Below are positions 50,901 through 59,535 of a DNA stretch of 64,000 nucleotides, in pieces. The position numbers and the translations under genes are program-made. Position 1 is the first letter of the stretch. Every line of letters starts with the position of its first letter. The stretch lies in the NCBI GenBank assembly GCA_002633005.1, contig NMRA01000136.1:770944-834943 (forward strand), written 5' to 3'. The notes beneath the pieces are model-generated. The model did no database searches, was not told the DNA's origin, and saw only the letters and a program-made list of their open reading frames with translations. This DNA is from Phoronis australis. Its lineage: Eukaryota > Animalia > Phoronida.

Positions 50901-51226
50901 AAGACTACTATACTATGACAAAAAATATTTCCAATCATTTAAATGGAATTTCAGGAATCTTAAATTTCAAAGGCACGGCTTAACTGCCGTAAGATGAAAA
51001 ATGGCACTCATTCGAGCTCTTGTTTCTAAAAAGACGTATAGTAAGTATATCATACGAACAAACAATGGAATAAACACTCCCAACAGTGTTTAATAGGGGA
51101 GAAATCGTTCATTCAAGCAACACAACAGAGCCTTCTTCATAACTGGGTCAAATTTCAAGCAAACCAAACCTGTTGTGCGACAGGGTCCAGAATGGATTCG
51201 ATGGTCTTGGTGTGGAATCGTGGCAT
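7199..51226 (-). CDS. VCL: Vinculin, complete spliced gene span (21 core coding exons, ~991 aa; up to ~1328 aa with candidate cassette exons)
   Basis: N-terminus [30 protein letters not shown]-terminus [32 protein letters not shown]...[10 protein letters not shown]. All introns are GT-AG with consistent phases. Two internal W-L-x-D/N-P repeats, as in invertebrate vinculins. Confidence 0.97.
10245..10547. mobile_element. MITE family A, copy 1 (opposite orientation to copies 2 and 3, one TIR locally duplicated)
   Basis: TIR CAGTACAAG.CAAAAG...CAGACAAAA / TTTTGTCTGATTACTTTTGTCTGGTACTG(TA). Internal similarity to 20122-20367 and 22567-22817. Confidence 0.7.
11854..11913. repeat. (GA)n microsatellite ending in a 7-N assembly gap
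   Basis: Direct reading; Ns at 11907-11913. Confidence 0.97.
13080..13118 (-). CDS. VCL: Candidate 39-nt vinculin cassette exon ([13 protein letters not shown]) in the tail domain
   Basis: cacaacag acceptor, G|GTAATT donor, phase 1-1, open and in frame between ...MLGAQ and GSDEDQ... Confidence 0.65.
13504..13594 (-). CDS. VCL: Vinculin tail exon
   Basis: [30 protein letters not shown]; CAG acceptor, GTATTG donor. Confidence 0.95.
14094..14223 (-). CDS. VCL: Vinculin tail exon
   Basis: [44 protein letters not shown]; CAG acceptor, GTGAGT donor. Confidence 0.95.
14384..14753. mobile_element. MITE-like element with TA flanks
   Basis: TA-CAAAGAATGGATTC ... GAATCCATTCTCTG-TA terminal inverted repeats (1 mismatch); many internal TGTCACA subrepeats. 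Confidence 0.65.
16470..16585 (-). CDS. VCL: Vinculin tail exon
   Basis: [39 protein letters not shown]; TAG acceptor, GTACAG donor. Confidence 0.95.
17059..17177 (-). CDS. VCL: Vinculin exon, end of proline-rich hinge and start of tail
   Basis: [40 protein letters not shown]; CAG acceptor, GTAGAT donor. Confidence 0.93.
19717..19794 (-). CDS. VCL: Vinculin proline-rich hinge exon (alternative same-phase donor would end it at 19732)
   Basis: [26 protein letters not shown]; tttacag acceptor, phase 1-1. Confidence 0.8.
20122..20367. mobile_element. MITE family A, copy 2
   Basis: AGTACAAGACAAAAGTAATCAGACAAAAT ... ATTTTGTCTGAATATGTTTGGATTGTACTG-TA. Confidence 0.7.
22567..22817. mobile_element. 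MITE family A, copy 3
   Basis: TA-CAGTGCATGACAAAACTAATCAGACAAAAT ... ATTTTGCCTGAATACTTTTGGCATCTAGTG-TA; shares the internal ctgttaattt.cc.tcattctcagtca segment with copy 2. Confidence 0.7.
23028..23225 (-). CDS. VCL: Candidate 198-nt vinculin cassette exon in the hinge (P/S/Q/H-rich)
   Basis: Long (TC)-rich polypyrimidine tract with tgtag acceptor, CAG|GTTTGA donor, phase 1-1, open frame [30 protein letters not shown]...HLQPA. Confidence 0.65.
24161..24934 (-). CDS. VCL: Candidate 774-nt vinculin cassette exon in the hinge (258 aa)
   Basis: Lies within the 335-codon ORF 24045-25052. Polypyrimidine tract with tgtag acceptor, T|GTATGT donor, phase 1-1 matching the flanking exons. GC-richer than the surrounding intron. 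Confidence 0.7.
25284..25407 (-). CDS. VCL: Vinculin exon, end of head and start of hinge (FPAPP, similar to the FPPPP EVH1 ligand)
   Basis: [41 protein letters not shown]; CAG acceptor, GTGAGA donor. Confidence 0.93.
26399..26589. repeat. 34-bp minisatellite, ~5.5 copies
   Basis: Unit taccagaattttgtctcaaatttcaacaga(g/a)tgc. Confidence 0.95.
26613..26882. repeat. 45-bp minisatellite, 6 copies
   Basis: Unit aaatattaactagaacactataaaccaa(g/a)tacctcctgttgccat. Confidence 0.95.
27108..27199 (-). CDS. VCL: Vinculin exon 14
   Basis: [31 protein letters not shown]; TAG acceptor, GTAGGT donor. Confidence 0.92.
27783..27980 (-). CDS. VCL: Vinculin exon 13
   Basis: [51 protein letters not shown]...; CAG acceptor, GTAAGA donor. 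Confidence 0.95.
28442..28617. repeat. 43-bp tandem repeat, 4 copies, straddling the vinculin exon 12 donor
   Basis: Unit aatgaggtcatactcaacaagtc(a/c)attaccattagccttgatg at 28442, 28485, 28528 and 28571. Confidence 0.95.
28600..28929 (-). CDS. VCL: Vinculin exon 12
   Basis: [20 protein letters not shown]...[30 protein letters not shown]...AFIKAN; CAG acceptor, GTAATT donor. Confidence 0.95.
29434..29596 (-). CDS. VCL: Vinculin exon 11
   Basis: [54 protein letters not shown]; TAG acceptor, GTAAGT donor. Confidence 0.95.
30383..30528 (-). CDS. VCL: Vinculin exon 10
   Basis: [49 protein letters not shown]; TAG acceptor, GTGTGT donor. Confidence 0.94.
30761..31734. mobile_element. Non-autonomous hAT-like DNA element (~970 bp)
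   Basis: TIRs CATAGGCGGATTTAG / CTAGATCCGCCACTG and subterminal GGGCCCCCCC blocks at both ends. CpG-richer than flanks; no clean 8-bp TSD. Confidence 0.6.
31429..31500 (+). pseudogene. Degenerate tRNA-like or SINE-head sequence inside the hAT-like element
   Basis: A-box TAGTGTAGTGG (31434), B-box GAGTTCGAGTC (31476), then a T-run. Anticodon and T stems pair poorly. Confidence 0.5.
32636..32825 (-). CDS. VCL: Vinculin exon 9
   Basis: [24 protein letters not shown]...[24 protein letters not shown]; CAG acceptor, GTAACA donor. Confidence 0.95.
33019..33167 (-). CDS. VCL: Vinculin exon 8
   Basis: [19 protein letters not shown]...[14 protein letters not shown]; AAG acceptor, GTGAGG donor. Confidence 0.93.
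33912..33984 (-). CDS. VCL: Vinculin exon 7
   Basis: [24 protein letters not shown]; TAG acceptor, GTAAGT donor. Confidence 0.93.
35094..35248 (-). CDS. VCL: Vinculin exon 6
   Basis: [52 protein letters not shown]; CAG acceptor, GTAGGT donor. Confidence 0.95.
35223..35465. repeat. ~49-bp diverged tandem repeat, 5 copies, straddling the vinculin exon 6 acceptor
   Basis: Unit ttgtgcctctttcagtccagg...ctgcaaacagtg(g/a)atatga at ~35223, 35272, 35322, 35371 and 35417. Confidence 0.9.
36172..36340 (-). CDS. VCL: Vinculin exon 5
   Basis: [29 protein letters not shown]...[18 protein letters not shown]; CAG acceptor, GTGGGG donor. Confidence 0.93.
36803..37525. repeat. 69-bp minisatellite, ~10 copies (intron 4 of vinculin)
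   Basis: Unit translates as the 23-aa repeat [23 protein letters not shown] in ORF 36790-37512. Confidence 0.93.
37698..37843 (-). CDS. VCL: Vinculin exon 4
   Basis: [49 protein letters not shown]; AAG acceptor, GTAAGA donor. Confidence 0.95.
38411..39508. mobile_element. Non-autonomous DNA transposon-like insertion (~1.1 kb) with ~29-bp TIRs
   Basis: ACTGTGACGTCACCGGAAAGGGGGCAAAA ... TTTTGCCCCACTTCCCGTGACGTCACAGT; flanks ttagtc / taagtc; CpG-rich interior. Confidence 0.65.
39799..39970 (-). CDS. VCL: Vinculin exon 3
   Basis: [57 protein letters not shown]; CAG acceptor, GTATTG donor. Confidence 0.95.
40031..40104. repeat. 14-bp tandem repeat, 5 copies
   Basis: acagtgatgattag and variants. 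Confidence 0.85.
41345..41914. mobile_element. Tc1/mariner-pogo-type MITE (570 bp, TA flanks)
   Basis: TA-CTGTATTCGTCATAATAAGCAC ... GTGCTTAATAGGGCAAATACGG-TA, with subterminal G(C/T)GCTTA repeats. Confidence 0.7.
42012..42119 (-). CDS. VCL: Vinculin exon 2
   Basis: [36 protein letters not shown]; CAG acceptor, GTAATT donor. Confidence 0.95.
46508..46589. repeat. 27-bp tandem repeat, 3 copies
   Basis: gagttagattgaatagtgc(g/a/c)tatttac. Confidence 0.9.
48551..48723. mobile_element. Truncated MITE end
   Basis: TA-CCGTAAACGTTCGGGTTAACGCCC terminus and repeated GGGTGGGC(A/G)GTTAACC...ATGGGCGCTTA units; matching opposite TIR not found. Confidence 0.45.
51170..51226 (-). CDS. VCL: Vinculin exon 1, coding part
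   Basis: ATG at 51226; [19 protein letters not shown] followed by GTTTGG donor. Confidence 0.96.
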
Positions 51227-51588
51227 GATAATTCACCACCGATGAGTCTCTCTTGCAATCAAGGGTCTAATCTCGCATGTGCTGCTGCGAAATATGATAT
51301 TCAGAGGCTGCAACTTAAAAATATCTGACAACTTGCTACTGCACCCTCGGATCCGACCCAAGTAAATCCCCACTCAACCGGAAGCCTCGGTTTGAGATTG
51401 GAAGTAGTTTCGCGTCGCCCACTGTCATGTTGTGTGGTTTTGCTAAATTTATTCGTTTACTTTTGTAGAATTTTATTTTAATGCGTAGTATGTAATTTTC
51501 AATTAGTTTTAGGAGATGTACTTTATTCCATTAGCTTGAAGTCAACATGTTAGTGGGTGGCGCGAAACAGTGGAGGATCCCCCGATTC

Positions 51589-51614
51589 CCTTTTTAGGTA
51601 GCGGGCACATCCGG
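51589..51614 (-). promoter_or_regulatory. CArG box with adjacent ETS site upstream of vinculin
   Basis: CCTTTTTAGG (exact CC(A/T)6GG) at 51589-51598; CCGGATGT on the minus strand at 51607-51614. Confidence 0.55.
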
Positions 51615-52491
51615 ATTACCACCACCGGGGTGTCAGGTAGTGTGTTGACAGTTTCGTCTGTACTCGTGTCTCTGTGTCTAGCTAATCAGGCCAAAGATAT
51701 CATAGTTTCACTATTACCGAATTAACAGGCGGGAAGTCAATGGCTGACTGGCGCTAAAACAACTCCTGAGTTCAAACTATACTTGTTATTGACACGGACT
51801 CAACGCGGGGCCCTTCAGGATTCCTAATGTTGGTATTGTCAGTTTGTGGCACCGCAGGTCATGATGACACTTGGTAATGTGAACAATGTGAATGCCCGGA
51901 TCTTTTGTACATTGCGAAATAATTTTAATAACTTGAACAGCAATTAATCCAACACCTGACGTTACTAATGTTTGCACGTGCTCTTGTATTTCTCGCTTTA
52001 GTATCATTCCGAATGTACAAGTTGGTCAAACGCAACTTTTTCTACCACGATACGAGTACCTGACAAGGAACGGGACTGAGATTTTATTACTGCACGAGAT
52101 GTACTTCATGCATAGCCAAGAATCTACCCGCCTAGCGTACATATCGCGACAGATTGTACTGATTTCGGGCAGACTCCCCGGGTCGACACAAATGTACATT
52201 GACAAGGCTGCTGCATGGAATTTTATGGGTCTCATAAATCAGAGGGTGTGGCCTATATAAGAAATAGTTCGAGTTTTTGCAGCGGTCGCTGTATGCTAGA
52301 CAAGATACAGGATGTTGATTTTAAGTTGAAGTATTTTTTAATAAATCACCAAAAACTTAAAAGTTTGAACAAACTAAAAAATTGATATTTATTTCAGAAA
52401 AATAATTGAAAAATCTTGAAAATGAAGGATATTTTTGTATTTTAACAACAGCTGATTAGGTTGTCCGGAATCTCCATTCTAGAGCTGATCC

Positions 52492-52580
52492 TGACGTCGA
52501 CAGGTCACGTGACGGGGCGGTCAAATGTTATAATTGAAAGGAGCCATTTTGACGAAGAGTGACATTGTCGATTTCACAAG
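52492..52580 (+). promoter_or_regulatory. Probable PKNOX promoter and first non-coding exon
   Basis: TGACGTC (CRE-like, 52492), GTCACGTGAC E-box (52504), GGGGCGG GC-box (52514), GCCATTTT YY1-like (52543), AAG|GTAACC donor at 52581. Confidence 0.55.
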
Positions 52581-54037
52581 GTAACCTGCCTATCAAATTG
52601 GAAAACCGCGGACAATTTGTGTCAGTAACGTGTTGTTTGGGCTGTATCAACTTGTCAAGTTTCGCATTAACGCGAAGAAGAATGGCTGAAAGCGCCAGAT
52701 TTCCTTCAGTTCACTTGTGCGTCGAAAATTCTGCTCTTCTTTTTTACATTATGCGTTTAAAACTAGGTCACGCGCAAAAATTCCACGCAAAAACTTGAGC
52801 TAATCCACTTCTGGGGTCATTTATATTTGAGTAATCGCAGTGTTTATTACGTCAGTTATTTACGACATTTGTTGTGTCCCCGCCCATATTTGTTTATCTG
52901 AAATAGGTTTGTGGATTGTTGATATTGAATTTGCAACAAGCCGTGATTTGTTTTGTTTCGCGTCACTTTCTGTCAGTCTGCCTTGCACAAAAGAATGTGC
53001 ATTTGGCTAGTTGTTGACTCAAGTTTAAGTACTTTTTTCCTATTGAGCTGTGTCCAGCAGACTGAACTAGTAAGGCCTTGTGGGATTTTTGTGTAGTTGC
53101 ATTGGATACTTCTAGCCCAAAACGATTCTGGTTTCAAAAACTGTCCTCTGAGAATATCCTGGACTTACGATTCACAGTAAACTGGAAATGCTGTCCAGGT
53201 TTACCTGGTACTGTATTCCAATTTGAAAAAAATTCTGTTGTTTATCAGTTTGCTGTTCCATTATTCTGGTACTTGCATGCAATGTTTTTTAACAATGCCA
53301 GGAATTTTAATTTCTTTTATAGTGCCTACTGGGATTATTTCATGAACTATGATGCCTTGATTTTTCAAAAATTACGGTTTTAAGGGAACAAGATTATTTT
53401 ATAAATAGTAGTCAAAATATGTTAATACAGTGGGCAATTCTCAAAAAAATTATTTTAAAAAAATTGATGTATTGTTTACGTAAAGTGAAAATTATAGCAT
53501 TTTTATGGTAACACATATGCATATGGAATAGACATTTATATATATATATTAAATAATGAAGAATTTATAAAAATGACTCAGAATCCAAACTATGTTAATG
53601 TTGCCTTTTCTTGCCAGTATGTGAGGAAAATACAGCACAATGTATACACTTTATCAGCTAATTTCTGATTTTACTAATGCAAAACAAAACCACATGAAAT
53701 TTAACTGACCAATTGTTGGGGCAACGGATACTACCCATTTTAAAGCAAGATAAAGGCTCTACTTTGAGAGTAAGCATGGCTATAAAAGCCCCATTTTTAA
53801 CTTCTTAGAAAAAATCACACTTTCGCCAACTTTTCCCTTTCACATAACCCTTTCCTTGGGAGTTTAAATTATTCTAAATGTTTATTTATTGAACTTAATT
53901 GCAATTCTTTAGACTGTAAGCTTAGTGGGCCTTGCAAACTCCAACTTCCAGCCCAAAACTAAACCCTTTCAAAGGGATTTAAACCGAAAAGGCGTGTGGG
54001 GGCAGGGCGGGAAAATCTAGAAGTGTAGACAAGGATA

Positions 54038-54138
54038 CTGTAAATACTAATTCTGTCAGGTATCAACTCACCTGTAAATACTAATTCTGTCAGGTATCAA
54101 CTCACCTGTAAACACTAATTCTGTCAGGTATCAACTCA
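54038..54138. repeat. 34-bp tandem repeat, 3 copies
   Basis: ctgtaaa(t/c)actaattctgtcaggtatcaactcac. Confidence 0.9.
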
Positions 54139-55417
54139 AATTTGGGTGGCTCAGAAGTCTTGGCCTTGAGTGACTGCAGATGATAAGAAAATTTAATGAG
54201 CAACACTTGTTATGCTACATATGGCTATTTTGTCAAAATTATGTTTTGAAAACTGTAATGCTGTGTGAAATTGTTTAGAGTGCTTACAAGTAGACAAACT
54301 CTGGTGTTGTGTGCAAGGTTGTTTATTAACATTAAAATAATGAAGATATCAAAGTTTTCTCCAGCAACTATAATTTATCTGTGTGAAGTTTGTCCAACTT
54401 CGTACATATTGTTTGTTAGTGTTTTAAAGTCAGTGGTATTTCCTTTTGGTACATGGTTGATGTTCAAAGGTGTATATGTGTGTTGCCATTTGCATTAAGT
54501 GGTATTACCATAATCGAAAGTGACATGAATTTATGAAGAATACTCTTGGTTCAATATAATATCACTACTTCTGAAGGCATAAGCATCCATGTGCAAATAA
54601 GCTGAATTAGATGTCATATCTTTGACACATACCTAGGTATCAGAAGATCAGTGGTCACCTGCCGTTACCTCCCAGATAAGTGCCTAGGTCCCAAGAGTAT
54701 TCACAAAAATTGGAAATACTGATCATGTAGTGAGTAGACAAACTGGTTGGAGCGTCATAGAAAGCAGGCTGGAGAGGGCTTTGAAGATGAATTATATAGA
54801 TTTTTGTGGTGGTGGCCACTGGGAACTGTGAAATTCATGAAAACTAGGGGTGGAGGAAAATGGTGGCAACTACCAATTTGGTGATTGGTGGAGATAACGG
54901 GTGATGAAGCTAAAAATATATATTTGCCCCACAATAATTGCTACCTTCCTACAGGCCTGGCTTAGTATGTGAAACCACACAGTTAGTTATATAGGAGGAG
55001 GTGTAGCATGACTAATTAATATGTGAACGATATTATGCCAGCATCTCCAGTATCCGTCTGGTATTTGTTGCTGTATCTCCAAAATCCCTTGCTGAATGTT
55101 CATGAAATTCTTCAGGTATATTCCTTTCATTAATAGGACATCATTGTCCTACTACCTGTTTGCCGCCTTAGTGGCAATTTTAGTTATGATGAAACATTTA
55201 CAGCATCAGAATCAATGGCATGTATTTTTCACCTTAAATACAAAATGAAATTATCAAATTCATTAGATAGAACATGTAAAAGGATCCTAAACCCTGTTTT
55301 GATGATTTCCACCAATCTTCGTTTGTTATCTGTTGATGCATCATTGGCGTAAATCTTGGAAATTAAACGCAGGACACAACTAAAAACTCACACTCCCTTT
55401 GTCACAAACTGGACATA

Positions 55418-55546
55418 TTGTGGTTGGTAGGTGGTACATTCTCACAGTTGCCATGTAACTTGTGGTTGGTAGGTGGTACATTCTCACAGTTGCCATGTAA
55501 CTTGTGGTTGGTAGGTGGTACATTCTCACAGTTGCCATGTAACTTG
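55418..55546. repeat. 42-bp tandem repeat, 3 copies
   Basis: ttgtggttggtaggtggtacattctcacagttgccatgtaac. Confidence 0.93.
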
Positions 55547-56464
55547 CTAAAAACGTTGGTCACGTTTGCTCTTTTAGCAGACTTTGAAAGGAGTTTTCCA
55601 TTTTTCCTCTTAACTTTTAAGAGTGTTACAGAGCACTATTTGGTTTCTGAGAACTTGATGGAAAATTAGTTATTAAAACCAGTTTTGCATCCTTTTGACA
55701 AGGTTACATTGTATGCACTGAAATGTTATTCCACTGTTGCCGACGAGGTTACGCCTAACAACGAAGAATTTATGCCCTTGCCCTTATGAATAGTAGATGC
55801 CGACTGCAACATTACAGAGGAGTTGCTTGAAAATTGTTTTGTAGTCTTGCGCAGATAACAGAATTAAGTAGATGAAATGCGTTGAGGGCACCTTGAGTAG
55901 ACTCGGTAACGACATTGCCTACTACAGAGGGAAAGGATATGATGGTGGTGTGGCAAATATAAGTATAGGCAGCATTAGCATGCAGGTAATCCAACGCCAA
56001 TGCTATCTTTTAGTCTCAAACACACACACACATTGTTGGAGGCTTTAACAACATTTAGTGATAGCCTGTTCATGCTCGATACCAGTGGAAATGAGAAATA
56101 CCTTGCCGACAAAGTAAACTGTAGTCTACTTTTTGATGAGCAATACAAAGAGAGAACAACCGAATGAAGTACATAAAATTAAGTATCCCGAATCTGTAGA
56201 AAAAATCTCTCTGATGTGTCCCGTAGCTGTTGGGTGGCAAGACGCGATGTTTACATGTTCGTGCCAACAGGTGTGAGAGGAGTCTCATATTGTCATCATA
56301 TTGGTCCTCATGTCTTCCAAACTGCGTAAAGAATTGTGTTGAAGGCAGGAGGTGTGTTCCTGTTGCGGAGAGTGTTGCGCATATCAACCATGGTGGGCGC
56401 ATATCAACTGCTCTGCTTTGATCTTGTTAAACATTCCCTTCGATGTTTTGTTGTAGGTGTCAAG

Positions 56465-56571
56465 ATGGACTTGCAGAGGCCTGTGCAATTTGTTGCTACG
56501 CCTGCTGCTTCCATAGGGCAAGTGCTAATACCTGTATCACAGACTGTATCAGCATCTCAGTTGCAGGCAAG
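56465..56571 (+). CDS. PKNOX: PKNOX/Prep first coding exon (probable)
   Basis: ttgtag acceptor at 56454-56456, ATG at 56465 (MDLQRPVQFVATPAASIGQVLIPVSQ...), AG|GTATGT donor in phase with the next exon. Confidence 0.65.
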
Positions 56572-57548
56572 GTATGTTTGTGGTGATGTCTCCATAATGT
56601 CGGCCAGATTCTCAATCTACACTATAGTAAAGCTGGTCTAAAACAGTATGGTACTCTAACAAAACATAAATTTTGATTTAGACATCTTGTAACGACTTGC
56701 AACATTCTGGGATGAAAATTGATTTCTCAGATTTTGTTACTTGTTATGATCAGCCAGTGTAACAATCAAGTGTTAGTCTTTCATATGCTCAGAAATCAGT
56801 TCTGATTTGGATACAACTTATTTTAAAAAACAGTTTGAGACCAGTTTTATAGGGATGAGTGGTCTAAATTAAGTCACGTTTTTGAAGGAAGATGAAGTCG
56901 TACTTTAAAAGTAATTGTTTAAATTTTTTTTTTTTAATAATGTCTACTATTTACCATTTTTAAGTCCTCTTAGATATTTTTAGTTAAGTTATGTAACCCT
57001 ATGCTGTTGGAGTGTTTGGTGCACAATGTCTATTGCTTTTCCACAATTTACCTGTGTCTTGGATATTCGTAGAAACATGTACGACTATGGGTTATCATCA
57101 TGCCGTCAAATCACCACTGTTTTGTAATGGGATATTCAAATGATTTGTGGAAAAAAGTCCAACATCATGAAATGATAGGAAGATATTACATGCCGTTCAT
57201 TACAACTTGGCCTGTTTTACATTTACACGAAAAAAGTTATGTGTAATTTTTAATCTTGGTTTAAACGTTTTGACTTGTTCACAAGAAATGATCTAAAAAA
57301 ACTTGTTGATTTTTGCTACAAAAACAAACCGGTGGTATGCATGATTGCCAGCAGATGGTGATACTTCATTTGAACAGGTTGTCTCACTACTTAGATGCTC
57401 CAATTTTGATATCATATAAATGGAGAAAACATAAATAATTAGAGAAAAAGCATGCAACTTAGTGGAGTGCATGATGTTGTAGTTGTTGGACAAGGGATAT
57501 TACACTTTCTATTTATAAAGTAGATCAATGTGAAGTGTTCTATTTCAG

Positions 57549-57638
57549 CACAATGACAGTTGCTGTTGAGCAGACAACAACCACGTCAGGTCAGGAGACT
57601 GATCCTCAGCAAGAAAATGACAAAAGGGCAATATATAG
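57549..57638 (+). CDS. PKNOX: PKNOX/Prep exon ending ...ENDKRAIYR
   Basis: tttcag acceptor, GTACAT donor. Joins to HPLFPLL to give DKRAIYRHPLFPLLALLFEKCE, the PKNOX-type MEIS-A motif. Confidence 0.88.
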
Positions 57639-58201
57639 GTACATGACGGTTTGCTTATCAGCTTATTTAGTATGAATATGTATATGTTAATATACATAAA
57701 AATGGTGTAAATTGAGCTACTGGGTATTCGCATGGTGATGCTAAGAAAGGTACCTAGGATGAAAGCACTTCAGTAGCATGGCACGTCTCTGTAGTAATGT
57801 TACCTTAATGCATGCATTTCTACATTTAGGACCATCCTCAGTATACCAGCACCACCATTGAAGCGTAAATCGTTCATTGTTTGAAGTGCCCTGTGCCTTC
57901 AGATAAAGAGGCATGGATCGCAGTAACTTGTTAAAATATGTTTTGAACAGGTCTTGTCGAATCTACTTCATAGTTCATGGCATGCTAACGTGAGAGTTAT
58001 TCATTTTAAATATTGGAGGAATTTCTAGAAAAAAGTCATTAGATTCGCTATTTTTGAAACACAGGCGAAAATGTAAACTCTTTCATCCCTATACTGTTTT
58101 CAAATTCTCTGCTCTAATAATATGTGTGTGCATGTGTGCTCATGGAATTACCCAATTAACATTTCCCAAGTGTATAATTGCCATTGTATTGTTTACACCA
58201 A

Positions 58202-59420
58202 GGGTCAAAGGTCACATTTTCTGTATAAGGGAAAATGTGCTGCCTCTGTGTCTTGCCATACCATATAAGGAGTCATACTTTGCCTTGTGGGAGGAAATTG
58301 ATGAAGTGACAAGCAGTTGACAGATCATTTTTTGAAATTTGTAATTTAAGGAAAAATGCTTTCTCATCAAGAGAAATTCAAAATCTTTACGCACAAACTC
58401 AAAATACATGGTGAACAGTTTGACTTTGTCCTAGTGGCAAAGAACCACTTTGAATAATGAAATTTAGTTTGTTTTTGTGCTCTATGCCACTTTAAGCTGA
58501 GAGTTGCATGCTAATCATGTTGCTTTGAACATTTGCTAACCTACAAGTTAACAAAATGTTACCCTAGGAGCACACACTGGTGTTTAGGCCAAACAAAGCA
58601 TGTTTGATCAGATGTGAGTTCAGTCCATAGTGCGCGATCCATCATAAGCACCAAGCTTATCATGTAATTTCCTGTTTTTGATTTTCTTATACTTTTTACA
58701 ATTTTTTATGGGTACAGTTGCTAATTGGTTAATGCAGGATGTGTTAAAATAGCACAGTCTGCCAGTTTCTTTCAGCACAACTTTAATTCAAGCCAGCATA
58801 TTTCTAAGTGAATGTAAGTCATCAATAGATAGTGCTTGAGTAGTCATTATGATGATAATGATTTTTTTGTTCCAATACTATAATATAAAAGAGGCATGGA
58901 ACGCGAAAGTTCTTCAAAAATATCTTTTAAGCAATTCTGACGAAAGTACCATCTTGCAACGTCTAGTACAGAGTAATTAACTTTCCCTGTCAGGAAATTT
59001 CCAGAAAAAATCACAGAATTCACAATTTTTGAAATACGCAAGAAAGAAAAAACTCTGCGGTTACCACAAAGTTTCTAATCTCTCTCCCATTTATAATAAA
59101 TAGGCACATGCACTCACAGTCAGTTGCTTGAAGTTCCTTGAGGTCAAAGGTCGCATTTTCCATGTAAGGGATATGTCTATGTCTTGCCATACCAAATAAC
59201 GAGATGTGCTTTGCCTTTTGGAAGAAAAATCAACTAAGAAACAAGCAGTTGACAGATAGTTTTTTTATTAGTTTCAAATTTAAAAAAAACGTTGTTATGA
59301 ATAGAAATTAAAAATCTTTACGAACAAACCCAAAAATACCTGGTGAGCAGGTTGAATTCTGTTTCAGTGACATAGAACCACTTTCAATAATGCAGTTTAG
59401 TCTGTTTATCGCATTCCATG
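58202..59420. repeat. Pair of diverged ~280-bp direct repeats (~58202-58490 and ~59140-59420)
   Basis: Colinear shared blocks ggtcaaaggtc.catttt, tgtcttgccatacca, acaagcagttgacagat, aaaatctttacg.acaaac, agaaccacttt.aataatg. Confidence 0.8.
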
Positions 59421-59535
59421 CCTCTTTAAAATTCCATTTTACTTGAACTGTGCAAGTCTATCATTAGAGTGAAAAGTTCTAAAGATTTTGATCTAGTTTA
59501 AAACTCAGTTGCACCAATTCTTAGTATTCCTGACA

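Noticed and set aside
7199-51226. Alpha-catenin or alpha-catulin as an alternative identity
   Set aside because: The [13 protein letters not shown] start, proline-rich hinge and WVRxxPWY end are vinculin-specific.
51786-52235. Two short minus-strand ORFs downstream of a TATA-like sequence between the promoters
   Set aside because: No recognisable domain or splice structure; consistent with random ORFs in GC-richer promoter DNA.
55740-56402. Possible decayed retroelement fragment in the first PKNOX intron
   Set aside because: No identifiable RT or endonuclease motifs; a Dfam search would be needed.
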